Origin: Ostreococcus lucimarinus
Lineage: Eukaryota
DNA length: 64,000 nucleotides
Assembly (NCBI GenBank): GCA_000092065.1
Contig: CP000586.1
Reading direction: 5' to 3' (one strand)
The notes under the pieces are model-generated. The model made no database searches, had not been told where the DNA came from, and worked only from the letters and a program-made list of their open reading frames with translations. Of the stretch, positions 37,180-48,200 are shown piece after piece. Position 1 is the first letter of the stretch. Every line of letters begins with the position of its first letter. Both the position numbers and the translations under genes were made by a program.

Positions 37180-37905
37180 ATGCGCGCGATCGCGAGCCAC
37201 GCGCTCGGCGCGCGCGCGCGATGCGTGCGCGCGCGCGCGTCGCGCGAGGACGCGTTCGGTGACCGGAGACGCGATGCCACGTCATCAGCACATTCAAACG
37301 ATACGAAGAAACGACGCGCGCGCGACGACGCGCGACGCGCGACGACGGCGCCGACGGAGGTGCTGTCGCCGTACGTCGTGCTGAACGTGCCGCGGGACGC
37401 GACGACGACGGAGCTGAAGATTGCGTTTCGAAAGATGGCCAAGGCGACGCATCCGGATTCGAGCGGCGACGCGGACGCGAGCGGGACGGCGTTTCGACGC
37501 GCGCACGCCGCGTATGAGGTGCTCACGGATGACGTGCGAAGAAGCATGATCGACGATGGAATCGTGGATACGTGTCATGGGTTCTCGTTCGTCGAGGGAG
37601 AGATTCGCACGTCGTTGGATTACGCGAAGCGCTCGGGGGCGCCTTTGAAAAAGTCAACCGCCGCGGCGCGCGAGCGTCGACGTCGACGGAAGAAGACGAA
37701 AGTCAAAGCGAGCGCGTGGGAGGAAAAGGTGATGTTTTCGCCGAAGAATCGAGACGAGCTCGTGAAAAAGTGGCACCTCGAGCGATGGAATCGCGGATGG
37801 CGGATGTGGTGCCAGGCGTGGTTCGCGCTTCTGACTTTCGGCGCGCCCGTCGGCGTCGCCTACGCGCTCGCGTTCGCCCATCAATTCGCGATCGCGCCGC
37901 ACTGA
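37180..37905 (+). CDS. DnaJ (J-domain) protein with a C-terminal TM helix
   Basis: J-domain YVVLNVPRDATTTELKIAFRKMAKATHPD. C-terminal hydrophobic WCQAWFALLTFGAPVGVAYALAFA. ATG at 37180. Confidence 0.7.
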   Translation: MRAIASHALGARARCVRARASREDAFGDRRRDATSSAHSNDTKKRRARDDARRATTAPTEVLSPYVVLNVPRDATTTELKIAFRKMAKATHPDSSGDADASGTAFRRAHAAYEVLTDDVRRSMIDDGIVDTCHGFSFVEGEIRTSLDYAKRSGAPLKKSTAAARERRRRRKKTKVKASAWEEKVMFSPKNRDELVKKWHLERWNRGWRMWCQAWFALLTFGAPVGVAYALAFAHQFAIAPH

Positions 37906-38104
37906 CGCCGAGCGTCAGCGCGAACGGAGCGCGTGTACATTAAATCAAGAATTCAAGACCATCTCGAGCGAACGAGCTCTTCCCTCTTGTTGTTGTAACA
38001 TTGACTTCGCGAAGTCGCCGAGCGCCGCAGCCGTCGCGTCGCGACCGCGACGCCTCGCGTCGCCGCGCCACACCACCTCGCACCGCGCGCGCGCGCCATC
38101 GCGG

Positions 38105-39979
38105 ATGACCGCGAAGGCACTCACGCGCGCGCTCGACGGCGACAGCGATTCGGACGACGCGAGTGCCGCGCGCGCGACGGCGTCGAACGATGAGGCGCTT
38201 TTGAGCTCGCTGCAACAAATCGCGACGAAACTGCGCGTGTCGCGCACGCAGTTCGCCGAGTACTGTCGCGCGCGCGCGGAAGAGCTGGATGACATCTCGT
38301 CCGACGGCGTCACGGCTGCCGTGGAGGCGTGCGAGCGGTTAAAGACGGGAAAAGACGGCGCGTTTGAGGACGTGGCGAAAGGGCTGGCGCGAACCGCGCG
38401 AGCGCTCGAGCAAGCGAAGGTCGACGCCGCGGCGACGGCGAACGCGATAGAGTCGGAGTTGGAGGGGGAGAAGAAGAGTGTGGTAACGGTGACGCGGGAC
38501 GAGGACATGGATGACGCGACGGTGGAGGACGCGGGCGAGACGACGGCGACGGCGACGGCGACGGGAGCGCCGAAGACGTCGGATTTCACGGAACGCGCCA
38601 AGTACATCCCGATGCGATTGACGCCCGAGGAGAGGAAGGCGTTGCGATTGTTAGAAGCAGCGTTGCACGTGAGCGAGTACACAGACGTGGTTGATGTGTT
38701 TTCTTATAAATCGAAAACGCAGCGCATCACGAGACAGCTGAAGGAGATTTGCGCGATCATGTGCGGCCTAGTTGTCGCCACGGACTATCGTGCGGGACAA
38801 AAGCTCATCATAGACAAGGAATTCAAGGATAACGAAGAGTTCTTTCAGTACGTGTTCGAGATCGGACGGCGACACAAGGTTATGAATCCAGAGAAGATGC
38901 GAACCGAATACGGGAAGCTCGTATTCTTGTTACAAGATTCTCAGAGTCCAGACGTTCAAGAGTTGCTCGATTTCAAGCTCGTCAAACCTTTGAAGACGGT
39001 TTACACGTTTTTGAAGGAGCGCGGGGGTGAAAGTTTGCTTGCCGATAGCCTCATGGAAACGGCAACGTCGGAGATCATGCACGAAGGTTTGCCGCGTCAC
39101 GAGGTGCAAAAGATGATCAAGAAGAAAGAACGCGCGAGAGAAGTCATCGCGAGCAAGTACTCCTCGGTCTCGCTGAGCAAGGAAGACGTCCTACAGTGTT
39201 TGTACTCCGTCAGTGATAACAACGCGTATTTGCGATTCAATCGCGATCCCGTTGATCGAATGCTTGAGATGTTGACGACGCACTTTGATCCGTCAACTCC
39301 GGAAAAAGGATACGGTTTGGGCATCACGATGGGCATGGGCGGCGCGCGTTTAAGTCACAATCACCAGCGTCAATACACGTATTGCGCGCAGTCGATGACG
39401 CTTTGGCGCGAAGTTTTAAACGACATGTTTAGACTTTGGTACCTCGCAGAGAGCGATTTACTATGCGAAGGTAATCGTTATTCGCTCTCCAATACCGGCC
39501 AAGGCTTGAACCGAGTTCAACACTGCCCGCGAGTCGGCAAGGCGATGTATGGCGTCTTGGCGACGTGCCAGCAAAAGTGTGGCGGATGGGTCGGGAGCTC
39601 GGTCGTGCACCTCGGGGACCACAACGTGCCTAACGCCTTGGTCTTCATCGACAAGTACAGTCAAGTCTCGCGGATTCTCAACCCGATCGTCCTCGTCATC
39701 CAAGAGCTTCCGAACCTAGCCAAAGACCCGGGTCTCAAGGCATACATCGATACTCAATTCGGTAGCGTCGAGGCGTGTCAAAAAACCATTCTCGCCGATT
39801 TCTTCAGGCACGGTTTCGACGGCAGTGGCAGCGATAACTTCTTCGACGCCGGCTCGTGCATCGACGGCCGTCTCACGTCGGCGTGGAACTGGTGCTCGAA
39901 AATAGAAAAGAAGTCATACTACCCGGTTTTCAAGCTCGCCGGTTTCTCCGGTTTCGACGGCGGCGACTTTAGATCATGA
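38105..39979 (+). CDS. conserved eukaryotic protein of unknown function (possibly UPF0652/DUF2009-like; family assignment tentative)
   Basis: 624-aa ORF with a long, non-repetitive, Cys/His-containing conserved-looking core (RLTPEERKALRLLEAALHVSEYTD...HCPRVGKAMYGVLATCQQKCGGW). ATG at 38105. Confidence 0.6.
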   Translation: MTAKALTRALDGDSDSDDASAARATASNDEALLSSLQQIATKLRVSRTQFAEYCRARAEELDDISSDGVTAAVEACERLKTGKDGAFEDVAKGLARTARALEQAKVDAAATANAIESELEGEKKSVVTVTRDEDMDDATVEDAGETTATATATGAPKTSDFTERAKYIPMRLTPEERKALRLLEAALHVSEYTDVVDVFSYKSKTQRITRQLKEICAIMCGLVVATDYRAGQKLIIDKEFKDNEEFFQYVFEIGRRHKVMNPEKMRTEYGKLVFLLQDSQSPDVQELLDFKLVKPLKTVYTFLKERGGESLLADSLMETATSEIMHEGLPRHEVQKMIKKKERAREVIASKYSSVSLSKEDVLQCLYSVSDNNAYLRFNRDPVDRMLEMLTTHFDPSTPEKGYGLGITMGMGGARLSHNHQRQYTYCAQSMTLWREVLNDMFRLWYLAESDLLCEGNRYSLSNTGQGLNRVQHCPRVGKAMYGVLATCQQKCGGWVGSSVVHLGDHNVPNALVFIDKYSQVSRILNPIVLVIQELPNLAKDPGLKAYIDTQFGSVEACQKTILADFFRHGFDGSGSDNFFDAGSCIDGRLTSAWNWCSKIEKKSYYPVFKLAGFSGFDGGDFRS

Positions 39980-40068
39980 TTAGACAAATCGAGCACCACA
40001 AAAACGCTTTTTTAACGAAACGAAGACGCTGCATCGAGTTAGTTACGGCCCTCACACCGCCTCGCGCG

Positions 40069-40776
40069 ATGTTCGCCGCGCGCGCGGCCGCGCCGCGCGC
40101 CCCGCGCGCGACGCACGCATCGCGCGCGTCGTTCGCGCGCGCGTCGCTCGAGAAAACGCCCGATTTCACCGCACAAAAGCGCAAGCGCGTCAGCTTCATG
40201 CCTCGACTTCTCGACAACAACCGCGCGAAGCATCTCACGTCAGACATCCAGACGTGGCAGCGGAACGTGCAGCGCGATATCAGCGCCGTGGAGACGGTGC
40301 GGTTCGGCGACGATTGCTTCGTCGGGGAAGGCACGGAAATATTCGCCGAACCCGGGCGGGACGTGGCGCTCGGGGACGGCGCGCGGGTGGCGGCGCGCTG
40401 CTTCATTCACGGACCGTGCGCGATCGGGGCGCGCGCGTCGTTGAACGCGAACGCGCATATCGAGGGAGGAGCCGTCGGGGTGACGATCGGGGACGACACG
40501 CGGATCGGGCCGAGGTTTTCGGCGTTCGCGTTTAATCACGTCTTCGACGACCCTGAGACGAATATTCGCGAGCAGGGCGTGACGAGTCAGGGGATAACGA
40601 TAGGAAAAGATGTTTGGATAGGTGCGAGCGTGTGCGTGACTGATGGAGTGCACATTGGAGATCATTCGGTCGTGGGCATGGGTTCCGTGGTGACTCGAGA
40701 CGTGGAACCCTACGCCGTCGTCGCCGGAAATCCGGCTCGAGTGATTCGGTATAGAAAGCGCCCACCGCCCAAGTAG
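40069..40776 (+). CDS. hexapeptide-repeat (left-handed beta-helix) acetyltransferase, maltose/galactoside O-acetyltransferase-like, with an N-terminal targeting-like peptide
   Basis: Tandem hexapeptide repeats (VGEGTEIFAEPG..., IGKDVWIGASVCVTDGVHIGDHSVVGMGSVV) and a C-terminal GNPARVIR motif. The first in-frame ATG is at 40069. Confidence 0.7.
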   Translation: MFAARAAAPRAPRATHASRASFARASLEKTPDFTAQKRKRVSFMPRLLDNNRAKHLTSDIQTWQRNVQRDISAVETVRFGDDCFVGEGTEIFAEPGRDVALGDGARVAARCFIHGPCAIGARASLNANAHIEGGAVGVTIGDDTRIGPRFSAFAFNHVFDDPETNIREQGVTSQGITIGKDVWIGASVCVTDGVHIGDHSVVGMGSVVTRDVEPYAVVAGNPARVIRYRKRPPPK

Positions 40777-40833
40777 ACGGCGGGAGTCGAGTCGATTGTC
40801 ACACAAGTAGCGGTGAAGTGTATTAAAAGTAAA

Positions 40834-43545
40834 CTAGCGCCTTCCTCGTCCTCTTCCACGCCCTCCGCCGCCGCTGCGTCCTCCGCTACGTCCTCCGCTA
40901 CGTCCTCCTCCGCGACCACCGCCGCGTCCTCCTCCGCGACCTCCGCCGCGTCCTCCTCCGCGTCCGCCACCGCGATCACCACCGCCGCGACCGGCGCCGC
41001 CGCGACCGCCTTTCTTTTTAGTTTCTTTCCGTTCTTTTCTGATTTGTTCCGCAGATTTGAGTTCGTTGTACGCGGGCGCCGCGGCGTCGACGCCAAAGAC
41101 GCTCTTCGATTCCTTTGCCTCGGATCCCTTCGTGTGCCAACCCTTCTTGAAGCGCGTAGAATCCACAAAAGAGCGCTTGTTCACCGTCGCTTCGTCTTCC
41201 ATTGAACCAGTCGCGGTTATGGATTTGTGTGTCCGCGCTGCCCACTTCTTGTACGTCGCGCCAGCTTCCGCCGCGTTGACGCGCTGTCCGGCTTCGTTTT
41301 TCAGACGCTTTCCGCCGCGCTTGAGATCGATTTCGTCTCTGTTGATGTGGATGTAACGCTTCTTTCGGGCGTCCCAGTGGAAAAGCTTCTTTTGACGAGA
41401 TATTCCCTCGCCGTCTTCTTCGACTAAATCTAGTGTGGCGTCGTTCAGCGCGCCTTCTAAGCCTCGATCGCCGCCTTCGCGCGTAGTGAGCCCAAGTTCG
41501 GTGTGATTTACGGCGCGCGGCGCAGAGTCCAGGAAAAACTCTTGGTCGCGGAATTTCCCGGTGTTGAAAGCATCGTCACCTGCTGTGGCGAGGGTCTCGT
41601 AATCCGCGCCGCCATCATCGTCGGATTCCTCTTGCGCGTCTACGTCAAGAATGGGATCATCTTCCCCTAGCGGGCGCAACGCGCGAGCCGAACCATCCTT
41701 GCCTTCGCGTTTCGCGCGAATAAACTTTTCATCCTTCAAGCGCTTCTGACGCATCGCGCTGCTCGTCTCGGTGATTTTGATCGTTGATGTCTTCGACGCG
41801 CTCGCGACTTCGGCTTCAAGAACAGTGGCTTGAGGGCGATATGCTTTTATGCTCGCCGTGATTTCGGCGAGCTTTTGCGTGTGCTCGTCTACGCCACCGC
41901 TTGCGCACAACAGTGGATGCGGTCCCGCAAGCACGAGAGGCTGCGCGCGACTCATCGATTCGCTTGATGCAGTCCCACGCGTCTTTTGGTACAGTCTATA
42001 AGCGTTATTCGCCGTGCGTTCCAAACCTTCAAATTCATCCTTCGCCTTCATCACCTCCCGCAGGCGATCGGTGAGCATGTCAAGCGCGCCGATGGGGCAG
42101 GTACCTATTATTGACGTAGCAGATTCTTCCGCTTTGCGCGCGATTTCAAGCGCCTCCTCAGTCGAACTCGGCGGTGCTTTCGACGCAGCCGCTATTTTGC
42201 GACCGAGAAACAAGTGCAAGTCAACTAAAAAACCGAGCTCTTCCTTGACGAGGAAGCTGTGCGCGTTACCGGTTCGACCGGCGCGCGCGACGCGACCAAC
42301 TCTGTGGACGAATAACTTGCCCTTTGCGGGGAAGTCGTAATTAATGACGTTGTCGAGCAAAGGAATGTCTATACCGCGCGCAGCGACGTCAGTGACCACG
42401 AGAACATCAGCCTTCTTCGCGCGAAACCTGCCCAGCGCCATTTTACGCGCCATCATGTCCATCGACCCATAAATGCTCGAAACTTTAACGCCTTCGAATT
42501 CGAGTACGTTCTGCAACCACTCAACGTGGTGTCTTGTCGACGCAAAAACCACAGTCTGTTGCCGTTTCGGGATGACTTCGCGAAGCATGTACAACAAAGC
42601 AGCGACCTTTTCGTCGCTTCGCATCAACACAAAGGACATGCGCAAATCAGATGAAATTTTCATCTCAGCGTCGAGGCGCACGACTTCGGGCTCGCGCAGT
42701 CCCACGCGCACAAACTCTGCTAACGCGCTCGGTAGCGTCGCCGAGAACAAAAGTGTCTGCCTGACATCCGCCACAGAGTTCATGATTTGTTTCAACTGGT
42801 CTGCGAAACCCATCTCTAAAAGTCGGTCTGCTTCATCGAGGACGACGTGACACACCGTTCGAAGAGTGAACGCCTTAACTTCATCGATATGATGCAACAG
42901 ACGACCGGGCGTTGCGACGATGACATCTGGGTTGTTGCTCAAATCTGCGAATTGGGCCTCCATGGAATCTCCCCCGACGAGCGCCGCGACGCGCAAATCC
43001 GTAAACTTGGCCAACTCTTTCGCAAACTTGAACGTCTGCAACGCCAGCTCGCGCGTGGGTGCCAATATCACGCACCGCGCGCCAGCTTTCAAGCTATGCG
43101 TCCTGAGTTTACTCAACACTGGTATCAAAAACGCCGCCGTTTTCCCGCTCCCCGTGCGCGCCATGGCGACGACGTCCCGTCCCTCCAACGCCGGCGGTAT
43201 TGCCTTTCGCTGAATCGGCGTCGGCACGCGATAACCCTTGCGCTTGACGGCTCGAAACACATCTGGTAGTATGTCCATCGATTCAAATCCCCCGGAAGAC
43301 TTCTTCTTCTTCGCCTCAGCGGCTTTCCGACGTCCCGTCAGCGCCTCCACGCGCTCGAATCCAAAGTCCACGTGCCCATCCGCGGCGATGCCCTCCTCCG
43401 CCTTCGCGTCCGCGTCCGACGCGCCACGCGGTGCCTTGGCTTTCGGTTTCTTGCCCTTGCTCGTCGTCTCGGCGCCTCGCGCGTCGTCGCGCGGCGGTTT
43501 TGAACGCGCCGGCGGCGCGCCGGTGGCGGCTGCGCGCGCGCCCAT
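40834..43545 (-). CDS. DDX54: DEAD-box ATP-dependent RNA helicase DDX54/Dbp10 (60S biogenesis) with a C-terminal GR-rich tail
   Basis: Q-motif and PTPIQ, ARTGSGKT, DEAD, SAT, HRVGRVARAG. A long DBP10-type C-terminal domain. Terminal RGGG repeats. Confidence 0.9.
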   Translation of the reverse strand: MGARAAATGAPPARSKPPRDDARGAETTSKGKKPKAKAPRGASDADAKAEEGIAADGHVDFGFERVEALTGRRKAAEAKKKKSSGGFESMDILPDVFRAVKRKGYRVPTPIQRKAIPPALEGRDVVAMARTGSGKTAAFLIPVLSKLRTHSLKAGARCVILAPTRELALQTFKFAKELAKFTDLRVAALVGGDSMEAQFADLSNNPDVIVATPGRLLHHIDEVKAFTLRTVCHVVLDEADRLLEMGFADQLKQIMNSVADVRQTLLFSATLPSALAEFVRVGLREPEVVRLDAEMKISSDLRMSFVLMRSDEKVAALLYMLREVIPKRQQTVVFASTRHHVEWLQNVLEFEGVKVSSIYGSMDMMARKMALGRFRAKKADVLVVTDVAARGIDIPLLDNVINYDFPAKGKLFVHRVGRVARAGRTGNAHSFLVKEELGFLVDLHLFLGRKIAAASKAPPSSTEEALEIARKAEESATSIIGTCPIGALDMLTDRLREVMKAKDEFEGLERTANNAYRLYQKTRGTASSESMSRAQPLVLAGPHPLLCASGGVDEHTQKLAEITASIKAYRPQATVLEAEVASASKTSTIKITETSSAMRQKRLKDEKFIRAKREGKDGSARALRPLGEDDPILDVDAQEESDDDGGADYETLATAGDDAFNTGKFRDQEFFLDSAPRAVNHTELGLTTREGGDRGLEGALNDATLDLVEEDGEGISRQKKLFHWDARKKRYIHINRDEIDLKRGGKRLKNEAGQRVNAAEAGATYKKWAARTHKSITATGSMEDEATVNKRSFVDSTRFKKGWHTKGSEAKESKSVFGVDAAAPAYNELKSAEQIRKERKETKKKGGRGGAGRGGGDRGGGRGGGRGGGRGGGRGGGRGGGRSGGRSGGRSGGGGRGRGRGRR

Positions 43546-43837
43546 CGCGCGCGAACGCCGCGCCGTGAGCGACGACGAGCGCGATTGCGCGTCTGCGCGC
43601 CCTAAAACGCGCGCGGGCTCGCGCGAGAAGGACGCGCGACGGCGCGGTCGCGGACGAGCGAGGTTGGTTGTGGCGCGAGAACTAACGCGAGGTTGGTTGC
43701 CGAGTTTCGCGACGGCGAACGCGAGCGGTGACGGCGCGTTTCTTTGAATTGACGCTCACTCACAACGACTACTAAGATAAAATATGCGGTGTCGGCGCGA
43801 CTAGTACACGAAATCAATCATCTACGATTCTCGGCGC

Positions 43838-44716
43838 TCACTTTGCGGCGTCGGCCTTTCCCGAATCCTTCGGTTTTTCGTTCTCCTTGTCCGTATCCTT
43901 CTCCGCGTCACTCGCTCCCGGGGCATCCAGGGCGCGCTCGCGTTCCTTGTTCGTCGCCTTGTTGTTGATCAAGTCGTGCAGAGCGATGACTGAACGAATC
44001 AACGAGCTGAGGTACACGACGAGCATGGCGTCGTTCGTGGAGACGTTGAATCCCTTGACGTAATCCTCCAAGTTCAGGTTCGGCAACAGGTTAAACGCGT
44101 CTTGCAGATGACCCATGATCTCGTGATTCATCGGCAACGAGCCGTCGACAACCTTATCCATGTAACTCTTGATTTCTTCTAATCGCGCCTTCAAACCGCG
44201 CAAAGACTGCACTTTTTCGCTCACCTTGGTGCTCAGCGTCGACACCGTGTTATCCTTCACATCGCGCAGCAAGTGCTCGACCCCGATCTCTTCCGCCTCG
44301 AACGCCTCAATCGAGTTCGGCACGTGCACGAACGTCTTCTGTTGCTTTTCCGTTCCATCCTCCTTGACTTCGATTTGCGCCGCGAACGCGCTCGTCGGAA
44401 TGTTCGCGTTCTCCGCCCGCACGTCCACGATCACGAGCACCGGCTCGGGCGTGTACGCGTAAAACAACTCGTGTATGTCGATATCACTCTCCCGCAGTTT
44501 CGGTCCGGTGCTGTACCACCCCACAATCTTCTCCTTCGCGCTAATCTTCTTCGACATTCGATACATGTTTTCCAAGTAACTGTGATCGAGAAACCAAATC
44601 CCGTTATCCCCGTCGTCCTCCTCGAACGGCACCGCGAACGAGCTCGTGACGTCCAACCGTCCCTTGCGCTGTTCCCCGAGCAGCACGCCGACGACGCGCT
44701 TGTTCTCCTCGTCGCC
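43838..44716 (-). CDS. RPN8: 26S proteasome lid subunit RPN8/PSMD7, exon 2
   Basis: The MPN domain continues as [30 protein letters not shown]...[12 protein letters not shown]. The C-terminal region matches RPN8. The acceptor CAG|GGC is preceded by CTGAC. Confidence 0.85.
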   Translation of the reverse strand, partial: GDEENKRVVGVLLGEQRKGRLDVTSSFAVPFEEDDGDNGIWFLDHSYLENMYRMSKKISAKEKIVGWYSTGPKLRESDIDIHELFYAYTPEPVLVIVDVRAENANIPTSAFAAQIEVKEDGTEKQQKTFVHVPNSIEAFEAEEIGVEHLLRDVKDNTVSTLSTKVSEKVQSLRGLKARLEEIKSYMDKVVDGSLPMNHEIMGHLQDAFNLLPNLNLEDYVKGFNVSTNDAMLVVYLSSLIRSVIALHDLINNKATNKERERALDAPGASDAEKDTDKENEKPKDSGKADAAK

Positions 44717-44841
44717 CTGCGCGTCGAACCGTCGGAGTCAGTCAAAACTCGCGCGAAGGAAGCGATCCGCGATCGCGCGCGTCTCGCGCGTCCCGCGTCG
44801 TCCCGCGTCGTCCCGCGTCGCGCGCGCGCGATCCCGCGTCC

Positions 44842-44876
<35 letters not shown>

Positions 44877-44897
44877 GCGTCGTCGTCGTCGTCGCAC
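44717..44897 (-). other. RPN8 intron (181 nt, rich in GTC/GAC trinucleotide repeats)
   Basis: GT...AG boundaries with a CTGAC branch point. Removing it joins DHFRRCDE to [14 protein letters not shown] in frame, the same spacing as in RPN8 orthologues. Confidence 0.8.
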
Positions 44898-45029
44898 CTC
44901 GTCGCATCGTCGAAAGTGATCGACGACGCTGAGCAGCACGAGCGGGTGCACGACGACCTCGCTCGCGCTCGCGGGCGCCGCCCGCGGCGCGACGGCGGTC
45001 GCGCCGTCGCTCGGCGCCGGCGTCGACAT
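44898..45029 (-). CDS. RPN8: RPN8 exon 1
   Basis: Encodes MSTPAPS...EVVVHPLVLLSVVDHFRRCDE, the MPN N-terminus. It ends at GAG|GTGCGA. The intron at 44717..44897 is a (GAC)n-rich 181-nt sequence. Confidence 0.8.
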
Positions 45030-45234
45030 CGGCGTCGTCGAGTCGCGCCCGCGCGCGCGACGCGCGGCGACGCGCCGACGACCGCGGCGGTCGATCGACA
45101 AACGCATACATACATGCAGGTTTTAGACACTAAAACATGTATATTCGATCGTACTTAATGCGGTCGAAACGCCATCGACGGCGCACCGCCGCGCGCGCGC
45201 CGCCGCACTTCGCGCCGCGCGTCGCGCGCGCGCC

Positions 45235-48200
45235 ATGGGCGTCCCGAGCTTCTACCGCTGGATCGCGCAGAAGTACCCGAAGATCGTCGCCGACGTCGTC
45301 GAGGACGAGCCCGTCGACGCGCTCGGACGCCGGGTGGAGCTGAACAGCGCCGAGGCGAACCCGAACGGCATCGAGTTCGACAACCTGTACCTGGACATGA
45401 ATGGCATCATACACCCGTGCTTTCACCCGGAGGACCGACCGGCGCCGACGACGGAGGAGGAGGTGTTTGAGTGCATATTCGATTACATCGATCGGTTGTT
45501 CTTGATGATACGACCGAGGAAGGTGCTGTACATGGCGATCGACGGGGTGGCGCCGCGAGCGAAGATGAATCAACAGCGAAGTCGACGGTTTCGAAGCGCG
45601 CAGGAGGCGAGAGAGAAAGCGGAGGAGGAAGAAAAGTTGAGGGAGAAGTTGATCAGGGAGGGGGTGAAGGTGCAGCCGAAACAAGAGTCGGGGGTGTTTG
45701 ATTCGAACGTAATCACGCCGGGGACGCCGTTCATGGGACGGCTGAGCGAGGCGTTAAAGTACTACGTGCACGATAAGTTGAACAACGATCCGGGATGGCG
45801 GGGAATTGAGGTTATCTTTAGCGATGCGAGCGTACCGGGGGAGGGAGAGCACAAGGCGATGCACTACATACGGCAACAAAGGGGGCTGCCGGGGGCGAAT
45901 CCGAACACGCGGCACGTCGTCTACGGTTTGGACGCGGATTTGATCATGTTGGCGCTCGCGACGCACGAGCCCCACTTTTGGATCTTGCGCGAGATTGTGT
46001 TTCAGAAGAAGGATAACGAGGCGCCGCAGACGCTGGGGCTCGGGACGGAGGAGACGAAGAAAAAGGTGGCCATCGCGCGTAAGCCGTACCAGTTGCTCAG
46101 CGTGAGCGTCTTGCGCGAATACTTGGCGTTGGACATGCGCCCTGTCGCACCGACGCCGTTCAAGCTCGACCCAGAGCGGATGTTTGACGACTTTATCTTC
46201 ATGTGTTTCTTCGTCGGAAACGATTTCTTACCGCATTCGCCGACGTTGGAAATCCGTGAGGGCGCCATCGACTTGTTGATGACGCTCTACCGAAACTGTC
46301 TTCCGACGCTCGGTGGATACCTGTGCGCGGACGGCCGTCCCAATCTCTCCATCGTCGAAAAGTTTGTGCGGCTCGTGAGTGAGCACGAGGACGCCATCTT
46401 TCAGAAGCGTGCCAAGAAGGAGGCGCGAATGCGGAGTTCAAGACAACGCGATAAACAAAAGGCGAAGGATTACTACGAGCGCCAGCGCAAAGGGAGCGGT
46501 ACCAACGTGCCGCAACACCGCGTGCTCGGTGGATCGAGAAACGCGAGTGATCGCGCGCCCGCAGCGCCGACAGAACAGCTCGTCGCGCTCGGTCGCGGAA
46601 AACCGACGCCACCTCCGAGCGCGCCGAAGACGGCGGCGGAGAACAAGAGCGCCGCGGATGCGCTGCGCGAACGATTAAAGACGCGAGGTAAGCGCGCCGC
46701 CGAAGCGACGGCTGACGTCGCGCCGGAAGCCGATACCGACGCCAAGAAGGCTAAAGTATCGGACGCGGATAAGGCTGAAAAGGACGAAAAAGCAAAGGAG
46801 TTTTGGAATCAGCTCGCGGAGAAGGCTGAATCTGAATCAGCCACGACGGTTGAAACCATCGACACCGTCGAAAGCGATGAAGTGCCGTCGCACCCTTTTG
46901 TACAATCGACGGCACCCGACGCGCAGCCCGGCGATTGGATGTGTCCCACAGGGTGCGGAAGCATGTACGCATCTAAAGGTTCGTGCTTCAGGTGCGGATG
47001 CCCACGTCCGAGCGAGGTGCGAGAGTTCAAAGCGGGCGAGGTGATGGACAGTAAATCCTTCTTGAAGCAACTTGAAGGCATCGTCAAGGCCATGGGTGAG
47101 CGCGAGGAAGAAACGGACAACATTCGGCTCGGAGAAAGTGGCTGGAAAGATCGCTATTACGAAGCAAAGATGCAGGCAACGCCACAAACGCGAGATGAGA
47201 TCATTCGGGGCATGGTCATTGAGTACGTGCGCGGCTTAATTTGGGTGTGTCGATATTACTTCGAAGGGTGTTGCTCTTGGAGTTGGTTCTACCCATACCA
47301 TTACGCCCCGTTCGCGAGTGATTTATATGACTTGAGTACGATCTCTACCGATTTTGATCTCGGCAAACCGTTCAAGCCGTTTTCGCAGCTCATGGGCGTG
47401 TTGCCGGCGGCGTCTTCGCACGCGTTGCCCGCAGCGTTCGCGCCGTTGATGTCGGACAAAGACTCTCCTATCATCGACTTTTATCCCGAAGACTTCGCGC
47501 TCGATATGAACGGGAAGCGTTTTACGTGGCAGGCCGTGGCACTGCTCCCTTGGATCGACGCCAACCGTCTGCTAGAACAAACGGAGATGCTCGAATACAC
47601 GCTCACCGCCGAGGAAAAGCGCCGAAACTCCATCAACGAGGAGGAAATATACGTCAATGCCGCGCATCCGCTCGCAAAACAGTTTCTCGAGCTCGAAGAG
47701 CGGGAAGACGAAGACGTGGAAAAAACGCTCAAGATGGATCCGAAGCTTAGTAAAGGCATGAACGCCACGCTCGTGTCGGTGAAACGCGACGCGCAGCCCA
47801 CGATGATACCGTCGCCGATGTCGAGTCGCCAAGACATCTCGAACAACAAAGTAGTCGTGGCGTCGATGCGTTTGCCGACCGATAGATTTGTGCCGCCGGT
47901 GCTGATGCCCGGTGCGGTGTTACCGACGCCTATGGTGACGGAGGCTGACTTGCCGCCGCCGCCGCAGTTGTTTCATCAGACGGACAACTACGGGCGCAAC
48001 AACAACAACAACGCGCCTCGAATCGATTACGGACGCGGGATGGCGGGCCATCCCTTGGCCGGCGGCCGAGGTGGTTTTCAAGGATCAAATCAAGACGCAC
48101 ACGCGTTGATGCACCAAAGTCTCGGTCGAGGCGTGCCGCTCGGGATGAATTATCAGCAGAGACTCCCGACTCGTACGCCGCCGCCGCCGCCGCCGGGGGG

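Noticed and set aside
34777-37384. Long plus-strand R-rich ORFs (34777-35859, 36056-37384) opposite the rhodanese and TatD genes
   Set aside because: The minus-strand frames encode recognisable rhodanese and TatD domains. The plus frames are Arg-rich low complexity.
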